38,185 nucleotides of DNA from assembly GCA_002269645.1 (NCBI GenBank), contig NIVC01002144.1:163022-201206 (forward strand), given 5' to 3'. The notes beneath the pieces are model-generated. The model was not told the DNA's origin, did no database searches, and saw only the letters and a program-made list of their open reading frames with translations. Origin of the DNA: Macrostomum lignano (taxonomy: Eukaryota). A program made the translations under genes and the position numbers. Below, in pieces: positions 10,241 through 21,100 of this stretch (positions within the stretch are counted from its first letter, which is position 1; each line of letters opens with the position of its first letter).

Positions 10241-13200
10241 ATGGCTCGCTCATCGAGAGTGGACCTGAACTGGGCGTTTTGCTGTCTCTGCAGCTCCTTT
10301 CTGGCTGTGGCCAACTGCCTCTTTCTGGTAAACAATATTTTTGTTGATTGCTGATTTACACGTGTCAACTCCACCACTTAGCAAACCTATCAAGTGGTAT
10401 GCACCAGTAAACAGACAAGATTCCAGCTATAAACTGCATCAATAAACACACAAGATTCCAGCCATAAACTGCATCAATAAAAACGCAAGATTCCAGCTAT
10501 AAACTGCATCAATAAACACACAGGATCCCAGCTATAAACTGCATCAATAAACACACAAGATTCCAGCTACAGTATAAACTGCATCAATAAACACACAGGA
10601 TCCCAGCTATAAACTGCATCAATAAACACACAGGATCCCAGCTATAAACTGCATCAATAAACACACAAGATTCCAGCTACAGTATAAACTGCATCAATAA
10701 ACACACAAGATCCCAGCCATAAACTGCATCAATAAACACACAAGATTCCAGCCATAAACTGCATCAATAAACACACAAGATCCCAGCCATAAACTGCATC
10801 AATAAACACACAAGATCCCAGCTATAAACTGCATCAATAAACACACAAGATCCCAGCCATAAACTGCATCAATAAACACACAAGATCCCAGCTATAAACT
10901 GCATTAATAAACACACAAGATTCCAGCTATAAACTGCATCAATAAACACACAAGATTCCAGCTATAAACTGCCTCAATAAACACACAAGATCCCAGCTAT
11001 AAACTGCATCAATAAAAACACAAGATCCCAGCCATAAACTGCATCAATAAACACACAAGATTCCAGCTATAAACTGCATCAATAAAAACACAAGATCCCA
11101 GCTATAAACTGCGATAATAAACACACAAGATCCCAGCCATACACTGCATCAATAAACACCCAAGATTCCAGCTATAAACTGCCTCAATAAACACACAAGA
11201 TTCCAGCTATAAACTGCATCAATAAACACACAAGATTCCAGCTATAAACTGCATCAATAAAAACACAAGATCCCAGCCATAAACTGCATCAATAAACACA
11301 CAAGATTCCAGCTATAAACTGCATCAATAAAAACACAAGATCCCAGCTATAAACTGCGATAATAAACACACAAGATCCCAGCCATACACTGCATCAATAA
11401 ACACACAAGATCCCAGCCATAAACTGCCTCAATAAACACACAAGATTCCAGCTATAAACTGCATCAATAAACACACAAGATTCCAGCTATAAACTGCATC
11501 AATAAAAACACAAGATCCCAGCTATAAACTGCAATAATAAACACACAAGATCCCAGCCATACATTGCATCAATAAACACACAAGATTCCAGCCATAAACT
11601 GCATCAATAAAAACGCAAGATTCCAGCTATAAACTGCATCAATAAACACACAGGATCCCAGCTATAAACTGCATCAATAAACACACAAGATTCCAGCTAC
11701 AGTATAAACTGCATCAATAAACACACAGGATCCCAGCTATAAACTGCATCAATAAACACACAGGATCCCAGCTATAAACTGCATCAATAAACACACAAGA
11801 TCCCAGCTATAAACTGCATCAATAAACACACAAGATCCCAGCCATAAACTGCATCAATAAACACACAAGATTCCAGCTATAAACTGCATCAATAAACACA
11901 CAAGATCCCAGCCATAAACTGCATCAATAAACACACAAGATTCCAGCTACAGTATAAACTGCATCAATAAACACACAAGATCCCAGCTATAAACTGCATC
12001 AATAAACACACAAGATCCCAGCTATAAACTGCATTAATAAACACACAAGATTCCAGCTATAAACTGCATCAATAAACACACAAGATTCCAGCTATAAACT
12101 GCCTCAATAAACACACAAGATTCCAGCTATAAACTGCATCAATAAAAACACAAGATCCCAGCCATAAACTGCATCAATAAACACACAAGATTCCAGCTAT
12201 AAACTGCATCAATAAAAACACAAGATCCCAGCTATAAACTGCGATAATAAACACACAAGATCCCAGCCATACACTGCATCAATAAACACACAAGATTCCA
12301 GCTATAAACTGCATCAATAAACACACAAGATCCCAGCCATAAACTGCATCAATAAACACACAAGATCCCAGCTATAAGCTGCATCAATAAACACACAAGA
12401 TTCCAGCTATAAACTGCAATAATAAACACACAAGATCCCAGCGATAAACTGCATCAATAAACATATAAACTGCCTTAATAAACAAAGCACAAGGGACCCC
12501 AACCGAAAGCTGCATTCCCCACAAACCGCGCCGCTCCCAGATCTTCGGCACCGCTTGCATCGTGCTGAGTGCGGTCTGGCAGCAGTTGCTGCAATCGTCC
12601 AACAACAATTCGTCATTATCACCATCCGCTGAACGTCGACAGCTTGTTGATTGCCTTCAAGCCGTGGCAACCGCAGCCGGCATCAAGGATGTGTCGCTGG
12701 CAGCTCAGAATGCCCTGAGCTCCATTGGACCAATCGATACCGCTCTGCTGATCCTTGGCGTCAGTTTCACTTTGCTGGCTATCTTGGGCAGCTGCAGTTT
12801 GTGCTGCAGATCGAGAGGCGGCCTGGCTGCTGTAAGGCTGTTTAATTGACTTTTTATTGTGTGCTGATTTCTCTTTAAATATAATTGAGTAGTACCCAGG
12901 GACATATAAATGGTATAGACTCTAATGGTTTCTGAGTACATTGGTTAGAGTTAGAGTACACCTGAGCTATGACTCATATTAGCGTCGATCTATACTTTAC
13001 TGAATGATTAGGCCTGGATTGAAGTCATTGGAAGGAAGACATTCAAGTCCATAATATTTTTACCATTTTTAATCAAATTTAAAAAACAAAACTCACTAAT
13101 TATAATTACAGTAAACAAAAAATATTTTCAAATTCACGACATCTATTTTCAGTACCTGGTCATCCTGTCAATGATATTCTTTGCTCAGCTGCTCATCCTA

Positions 13201-13999
13201 ATTCTGCTCTATGGCAGTCCGGAGACTGTAAGTTGAGTTGTTTGTTTAAAAATCCGACTCAGTTTGATGGTTGCAACTGGTTGCTGTGAAAGATTCAATT
13301 TAGACTACTGAGAAAAGTAGGCTCATAAAGATTTGAATCGTAAAATCTCTCAAAGGTCCGAAAAATTCGCTATAAAAGAAACGGCAGCGTAAAAACACGC
13401 ACTGAGAGTGCGCACAACAGTCCCCCGTGACTCGCTTAATCCTGTTAAACTATGCCCACAGTTCGACTCGCTAGTGAGGCAGCTGATGCAGCGCTGCGTT
13501 AGGCGTTACAGCGGCATCAGCTCAGCCAACGGTGCCAGCCTCCTGTTAAACGCTATGCAGATCTACGCCGGCTGTTGCGGCACTGACAATGGGACCGATT
13601 TTCAAAACGCGAACTGGAATCGGAGCTACTCGATGACCCTGTTTAGACAGACGTTTACGCACAGTAAGTGCTTGCAGAAAATGCGTACAGAGACCGCACA
13701 TTATAGCACTTTGGTTGCAATTGCATGCTTCATCCTTTTCTTGTTCAATAATTAAGACAATAACGTATATTTACCATTCCATCATAAAATAATTTGTCTT
13801 CTCAGACCTAACCTACCCTGTGAGCTGTTGTCAGTACGACCTGGCTACACTAGAGCTTCGAGACAGCTTCTGCCCCGTTAACAATCGGCACTTCAGCAAC
13901 CACGCAGTTGGCTGCTATAAGAAAATAATCCAGTTTGTACACGAGTACTTTGAGCGGTACTACATTCTGCAATCGCTGGCCGCTATTGTTGGCATTCAG
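10241..13999 (+). CDS. Tetraspanin B, exons 1-5
   Basis: Exons 10241-10327, 12541-12831, 13153-13227, 13462-13663, 13806-13999; GT-AG, phases 0,0,0,1,0, identical to Tsp-A. Motifs GCCGTDNGTDF, NLTYPVSCC, CP, GCY. Confidence 0.92.
10405..12480. repeat. Minisatellite in Tsp-B intron 1, 35-bp unit ACACACAAGATCCCAGCTATAAACTGCATCAATAA
   Basis: About 58 tandem copies with recurring variants; no unique spacers. Confidence 0.97.
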
Positions 14000-14972
14000 G
14001 TCAGGAGATCGCGTTTGCGCGCCAATTAGCGTAATTATGTGATAACCAACTTTTACATGTACTCCTGAGAACCAGCAGCCTATAGCTACGAGCGTGTGTG
14101 TCATGCATGTCGATCGAATTCCTTTGCAGCCTCTCATTCAATCCTCAAGCTGCCACCGCTACATGTACAGGACTAACTATACTACTCCCCCGTTCACTAC
14201 TAGCACCAACCACCTCTCAGTCCAGTAACGTTCAAATTGTTCCAGCGAGATTCTACTGAATTTTACTATACAGCTCCTTTCGCTTTCAGCCCTAGGGACC
14301 CATAATGGGTAAATAATGCATTTTTACTGGCCATTATAATGACATTGAATGCCACTTAATGGCATTATAATTGCCACTTAATGGCATTATAATTGCCATT
14401 ATAATGCAAATTCTATATATATAAAATGCATTTATAATGTGGTTGCAATTAATTAGAAATAATGCATTTTTAGTCATCTTGCGAGCCATATATACTCGTA
14501 TATATATGAATACATTGCACTTCGTACCTTCGTTTAAATCGGCTCATTAAAACCGTACTTAGTTCTATTCTGGTTTGTCTTACCAAACCATGGGCGATGT
14601 ACACACAATAAGACACACTCAAAATAACACAATTGGTTAGTTTTATGTATAAGACAGGTCTCAACTAAGTGAGTGAGCCGAAAATGTAATATTTATTACC
14701 AAACAAAGAAGCCAAATGTAAAAAAAAAATTTGTGTCCCCGGAGTTTTACGTAAAAGCAATTAAACATAAAAAACTGCAAAAATGTGACAAAGAATTAGG
14801 TGTATCTAAACAAAGCGCACGGCATATGAGAGAAAACGTAAAACATAACATGTAGGATAAATATAGCTGAGCATTAGGCGCGCATGTTTTGTGAAAAAGG
14901 GCTTTTTAGTTTAGAAAAACTAACAAGAAACAAAGCTTGCTTAAGTACAAGTACTAGATGGTACTGGGTCTA

Positions 14973-15127
14973 CGATGTTAGCCAGCCGGCGTTTGCTAGC
15001 CGAAAGTTTGCCAGTTAGTGTCTCTTTCTTGGTCCCGTCTAATTCCCCAGTCATATTTTCTTCCTGTGTCCTAGCAATAGAGCTTTTAGAATAAGCCTAG
15101 CACACACACATCGGCTGGCTAACATCG
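14973..15127. repeat. 16-bp perfect inverted repeat pair (possible small MITE) just downstream of the transposase ORF
   Basis: CGATGTTAGCCAGCCG at 14973-14988 and its reverse complement at 15112-15127; no clear TSD. Confidence 0.5.
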
Positions 15128-15289
15128 ACAAAAGCTACACAACAATAGCTACCCAGCAGATAAATCAGGAATACGTACCAGAAAAAATTTCATGCAATGA
15201 TTACATTGACAACCAGGACTACTTACAGAATAGAAAACGAGACAAGACAATGACCCTGAAAAACTGACGCGCGTTTGAAGTTATCTGAG

Positions 15290-17686
15290 CTAATCGTGCT
15301 CACACTCTTCCAACAGGGGTACCAGACAAAAACTGCCTGATGGCAAGTTCGGAAAGTTGACATCGACTCGAATGCACCTCGCAGCCACATCAGTGAGACG
15401 TATGCAATTGTAATTTTCCCGAGTGGGTTCCTGACTCGTAAAGATAAGCATATTTCGGAGTGGAACATCAGATGTAAAAAAAGCAAGAAAGATTGCTTGT
15501 TCAGATGCACTAGCACCAATATTGGTAAAATCCGGAACAGCATTGAACAGTAAGTCGATTAAACGACATTGTGGAGTCAGAAAAGAGCCAAAGATTTTGC
15601 TATCGGCAAAATGATTAATAGCAAAATATGAATTTGATACATCCAGGACATACGAACTACATGTTTTTAAAGTGCAATCCGCAGAAGTGGTTGTTAAAAT
15701 TTTACCCCCAGAAGCGCCTAGAGTTCGATTTTCGCGCTCAGGAGGATTGCAGTAGTGCTTAGCGATGACAAGGAGTGCATCAGAAATTGAGGGATTGGAG
15801 CCTGCAGCAGGTTGCAGTGAATACAATAGCACTTTTAGCCAGAAAAACTTTTCGGAAATTTGCTTTCCATGAAATCGACTGCCAAAATGAAGCATATTAA
15901 AGCCATGCATAGCTGACTCAAAGGGAAACATTGATGCACAATACAGAGGACCAAATCGTTCATACTGGTCGGGTAGATGATAGAGAAGATGAAAATTAAG
16001 AAGCATAACACGTTCGCCAAAAAACTCAGGACACAGGTTAAGAAACATATTGCACAGACGTTTTAAAGTTGAAACACAAGAATTTTGCGAGTACAGCAAG
16101 TTATAAATAGAATTAAGAAGAAGGAGCAGGCCCCTAAGTTCGGGATTTTCGATTCGTGGAAGCAGAATTGATGGAAACAGATACAGAGCAAAAATCTTGT
16201 ATGTTTTCGCTTTCCAAAGTGAGAGCTGACTAATTGGAGGAACATTGCTAATACCTTGGGGAAGTTTCAGTTGCATAATCTGAGAGTCGATTACATTGAC
16301 AGATGCTGAGCCTAGCACACGGTAATGATTGGGATTGCAGCTTTTAGTCTTAGAATCAGTCAAGAAGGCTAGAATGTGTTTTACTTGACCTTCCCAGAGA
16401 CAATGCATAGAATCAACAATGAAATTTTCTGGAAAACGAATGATTTTGAGAAGAGCAGTTTCGCGTTTGATTCCAAAATAATCCTTAAGCCCTTGAGCCT
16501 TGAGAACTGTGAGATGCTGCGCATGCATGGCATTAGTTCGAAGCGGAATTCCATGGACAGCGGGGAAGACACGAACTTGGCCTTTTTCTGACACCTTTAG
16601 AGACTTGCCAGGTAGGATGCATCTGGGACAAGCAAATTGTCCGTTGAATTGCTTGATTCCAAAAAGGTGAGATAAAGCGGGCAAATCGCAGGTAAAAAAC
16701 GAGAAGTGAAGAAAAAACGTCACATTCCTTACTTTTACACACGAAGGCAAGCGATTTAAAATAGTAGGCAAAAACTTTTCAAAATTCGGCTTTCCTCGAT
16801 TGGTAAACAAAGCGATTGTGATAATGTTGACAAACTTCTGGCGTAATCTAACAGGCAAATTGAGGCACAGTGCACAGAAAGGCCACACAGACATTTCAGA
16901 AACTTTAAAGAAGTTTGCTCCGTCAGCCGAAAGAAGAAAATACAAGTGAAAAATGTCAGGAGATGAGCCGGTTTCTAGTTCATTGCTAACAGCAGAGTTC
17001 AGAATGTCAGTTTGAAATCCTCGCCTTAGCTCACGCTGGTAAGATAAAATATCATTTAAATGCCTTTCAACTGTAAGCTCCACCTGATGGTTTACATTTA
17101 AGAGCCATAGTCCCTCGAAAGAGTCGACTGGATGTTCACTACAGTTTATAAGTAGACACGCTAAACAAACTTTCACAACGAAGTCCGGTTTTAAAATGAA
17201 TGAACGAAGCAGAACCGCTTCCATTGCTTTGTAAGATGTAGGTAAAGCAGCGCGAGGAGACAGAATGGAAATGAGGCGAAGCATGTTTTTAACAGCTTTC
17301 TTGGAAACGTTCGACAAGATCATCCACAACATTAGAAGGGCACATTTGACCTCCATAGAGATACCTTGGATACAAAAGACAGAAAGAAGGTTACTATCCT
17401 CATCCGCAGAAAATATTTCAGGGTGCTCGATATCAGATGGACCAGCTGCCTGCACTTCATTCTCGTCATCAGCAGGAATTGCAATAGTCGGTTGCTCGCC
17501 GACGTTTGCTTGAATTGCAGCGGAAGAGCTCGAATCGCTGTATTCACCCATGGATGTGTCAATCGAATGTGTACTTGAATCAACCGACATCGAGACATAT
17601 GACGACCCAGAGGACAGACTTTCCGACGACCCAGAGGACAGACTTTCCGACGACCCAGAGGACAGACTTTCCGACGACGAACTCAT
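15290..17686 (-). CDS. CACTA/EnSpm-family transposase, 798 aa, uninterrupted
   Basis: Motifs SADGANFF..SVWP...LNLP..RQK..NI; TCDLPA...GQFACPRC; VDSMHCLWEG; WKA; NFHLLYHLPDQYERFGPLYCASMFPFES match the Tnp2/Transposase_21-like pattern. A short upstream exon is possible (in-frame acceptor near 17720). Confidence 0.9.
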   Translation of the reverse strand: MSSSSESLSSGSSESLSSGSSESLSSGSSYVSMSVDSSTHSIDTSMGEYSDSSSSAAIQANVGEQPTIAIPADDENEVQAAGPSDIEHPEIFSADEDSNLLSVFCIQGISMEVKCALLMLWMILSNVSKKAVKNMLRLISILSPRAALPTSYKAMEAVLLRSFILKPDFVVKVCLACLLINCSEHPVDSFEGLWLLNVNHQVELTVERHLNDILSYQRELRRGFQTDILNSAVSNELETGSSPDIFHLYFLLSADGANFFKVSEMSVWPFCALCLNLPVRLRQKFVNIITIALFTNRGKPNFEKFLPTILNRLPSCVKVRNVTFFLHFSFFTCDLPALSHLFGIKQFNGQFACPRCILPGKSLKVSEKGQVRVFPAVHGIPLRTNAMHAQHLTVLKAQGLKDYFGIKRETALLKIIRFPENFIVDSMHCLWEGQVKHILAFLTDSKTKSCNPNHYRVLGSASVNVIDSQIMQLKLPQGISNVPPISQLSLWKAKTYKIFALYLFPSILLPRIENPELRGLLLLLNSIYNLLYSQNSCVSTLKRLCNMFLNLCPEFFGERVMLLNFHLLYHLPDQYERFGPLYCASMFPFESAMHGFNMLHFGSRFHGKQISEKFFWLKVLLYSLQPAAGSNPSISDALLVIAKHYCNPPERENRTLGASGGKILTTTSADCTLKTCSSYVLDVSNSYFAINHFADSKIFGSFLTPQCRLIDLLFNAVPDFTNIGASASEQAIFLAFFTSDVPLRNMLIFTSQEPTRENYNCIRLTDVAARCIRVDVNFPNLPSGSFCLVPLLEECEHD

Positions 17687-18146
17687 AATTTCAACTTCAG
17701 TTCTACGAGTGTTAGGATAGACTGAAAAGTTTGGAGAAAATTACGTACCCGTGCCATCGAAATAAGAATGTGCACCATCATCTATCGATAAATATGAAAT
17801 GAAGTGGAATAAATTAGCTCGGTGGCGTTAAAGTTGAAGGAGTTTAGATTCTTCCACATATATACATTTTGAACGACTACGGAAATCATTAAGGGTATCC
17901 TAACTACCCATACAAAGAGTGCCAACACTTTTCAAACGCAACAGTTATTATTCTAAAAAAATAATTAAGGTAGTCGCTTCATTTTATATTAAAAAAACAC
18001 TACAGAGTAAGAGTTTGACTTTAGCGCAGATAACGTAAAATAGGGATCGATTCAGTTCAAAAACGTTATAGTTTGTTACATGTCGAATGGCAGTTGGGTG
18101 ATTGCATCTTCAGTTAAAATATTGCGACACACGTTTAGCCGTCAGT

Positions 18147-21100
18147 CTAATCACCGGCCTTTCGCTTGCGGAAGGTTGACTCTGGACCAAGTCGATTCAG
18201 AGAGTCTTTGACGGCTGTCCACGCAGAAACCGTTTGATCCCTCGGGATATTGAAGGCCTTGTTCAGAATGCCTAGTTTTTTTTAAGAAAGATTTTATAGT
18301 AGCAGCAAATTCACACAAACATTTTCCAACAATGGAATGGCTACAGTGAGCCAGTTTGAATTTTTAGCTTTAAAAGACTATATAGAATGACCTGCATCCA
18401 TCTAATGCCCACAATACTAAGTCAGTTGCCAAAAAACATTCAGTTGCAAAGAAATTGTATCGCTTACTCTTAAGATGGTCTTGCACTTCTCCTGGAGCCT
18501 TTGGCCTTTGTGTCGTGCCTTTGTACTCTCCGAAAACATGCGATTGCACATACTCGACGCCATACCTCGCAGAAGCATATGCCCTGATGAACTTCGACGT
18601 CGTTGTACGAGGCAGATCTGAGAAATTGCAAACTCGCCCATCGTGGCCTTCAAATTCCTACGAAAAAGTACAAAGAAAATTGGTACTCAGGACCGATTGT
18701 TTGGATTATGTCATGATAAATGTCAGTGAAATGTGAAAACGTCAAGCCACATGAAGAAGAGCGAAAAATAAGAAAAACAGTAAAGTAAAATGGCAAAGTA
18801 AAGCATATAATAATTTTATAGTAAATGGTTAGTAAAGAAAGTAAATTAATTTGCACAGAAACTGAGAAACCTACCTCCTTAAGGAAATCAGCTGATACCA
18901 TTTGATGCAAGCTGGATGATGAAGTGCGAATCTTCCTCAGTTTGTGAGCGATGAACCGCTTCAAACTGTCTGAAACATTTGGTGTTTCACATTTGTACTA
19001 TACTGATAGTGATTACATAAGCAGCACGAAATGCAGGATTTGTGAGTAAAAAAGTTGTATTACACTGAGATAATGAGAATAAAGCATAAAAACAAAAGCA
19101 CAAGAAAGAAATAATTAAACCTTACCCATTCCTTCCTGAAATTCAGCCAGTGTGAGAGGCTTGGAATTTGTGGGATCGTTTGCACTTGCTGCCTTTGCTG
19201 ATTCATGAGCCTGAAGAACTTGAGGAAGTAGTTCCGGTGGTAAGGCACGCTGTTCCTCACTTGCAATTAAAGCCAATGATGCCTCAGAATTTTGGTGTCT
19301 GTCTTCAACATGAGTACCAGCTGTCCTTGGCCGCTTGTTTGCTAGACTGCCTTGAGATTGCTTCCTAGCACGAGAATGAGCAGCTGTAGGTGTCGAAACT
19401 GGACTTGGGCTTACAAAAGAAACCTGAGTAGGAGGCGGAGTAGGCTGCCAGGTCTCATCATCATCCGAATCGTCAATATCACCTGCATCTTCATCACTTG
19501 AGTCTTCTTGTTGTCTCATGAAGACTTTCATATGAGACTGGACATGATCAGAGAGCTCGGAGTTCTCCTTGTTTTCAGTTATGAATGCATCAAGCTCCTT
19601 CTCAAGGTAGATCATTTTTGACCATGGTTCAGCTGCAATGAACATGCCATTGAAAATGCCATCCTTGAGAGCAAGTGGGTAGTCCTCACCCTAAAATAAA
19701 AATGTGATTCATTATTAGATTTTGAGCTAATATTAGACCAAATTAATTTTTTAATTAAGAATTATAAACAAACTAAATAGAAAATTCTTTTTAGAATAGT
19801 TAACAAAATAGATATAGCCTATTAGAAAGTTAGACAAACTAAACAAAAGAGTCCTTTAGAAAGATAGACAAGCTAAAGAGAATAAATCCATTGGAAAAAT
19901 AGACAAACTTAACTAAAATAAAACTTTAGATAGCTTAATAGAGTTGGCAAATATAGCCTATTAAAATACTAGGAAAACTAAAAGTATAAGAAATATTAAA
20001 ATAGAAAACTAAAGCACTGGACAATAGTTCAAATAGTAAACTTGCTATTGGATAGAATATAGGGCCTACCTTATCAGCAAATAGACCTTCCTATGAATTG
20101 AACACCTTAGGCTTAGCATAGGAATAAAATAGCTCATAGATAAATAGATATATAAACATACTGAGACCACTATATAAAATGTTATAAAAATCAATGAAGG
20201 CAGTCAAGTTTGAAAATGAATACATTATACAAAATATATATTAAAAAAATAGACAATAAGACATTTAAAAATGGCCAAAATTCTATTGGGTTGTTAGGAA
20301 AGTTCTGTCCGTTTTTTATTTTTCTATGCAGAGGATCATGAAGCTGTGTTGGATCCAATACTTGTGTATGCATATACAGCCAGAGTTGTGGTCATTCTAA
20401 CCAAGTCATTTGCTTTTCAGCGCCCAATTATGGCCAGAAATTTTGAATTAAACAGCATCGCTCTAAGGCAGTGCATGCTATATGATTTTCTAGCAGGTAT
20501 TACAGCAGCCGAATCGACTCGACGCCTGTGCAGTGCATTTGGCCAGGATGCTGTCTCTGACCGCACAGCCCGTCGTTGGTTTGATCGCTTTCGCAGCGGC
20601 GACTACAGCCTTGCTGACGAACCTCGCCCTGGACGCCCATCTGAGATAGACACTGAGCTGCTGCGGACACTTGTGGAGGCCAATCCGCACCAGACTACAC
20701 GAGAGCTGGCAGCCACTCTTGGGTGCTCCCATGTGCAAGTCGCTGAACACCTGGCTGCCATGGGCAAGAAAAGCAAGCTCGGACAGTGGACCCCCCATGA
20801 CCTGACTGACAGGGACCGTCAAAGCCGAGCAGACATTTGCACCTCACTGCTCTCCTACAAGAGAACAACAGACTGGCTGGCCTCAATACTCACTGGCGAT
20901 GAGAAGTGGGTGATGTACGTTAATATACACCGCAAGCGCCAGTGGGTTGATGCCGGCAAACCGCCACAGCCAGAGCCAAAGGCCCCACTGCACCCTAAGA
21001 AGGTGATGCTCTGCTGTTGGTAGGACAGTGAAGGAGTTGTATACTTCGAGCTGCTGCCGCCCAACACCAGCATCACCGCCGAGCTCTACTGTAACCAGCT

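Noticed and set aside
10405-12480. 35-bp regularly repeated unit resembling a CRISPR array
   Set aside because: Units are contiguous with no unique spacers, there are no cas genes, and the context is a spliceosomal intron.
14130-14228. Alternative Tsp-B last exon after cctttgcag (PLIQSSSCHRY...VQ*)
   Set aside because: In frame but not hydrophobic and unlike Tsp-A exon 6; 24850-24927 fits far better. It could still act as a cryptic exon in the insertion allele.
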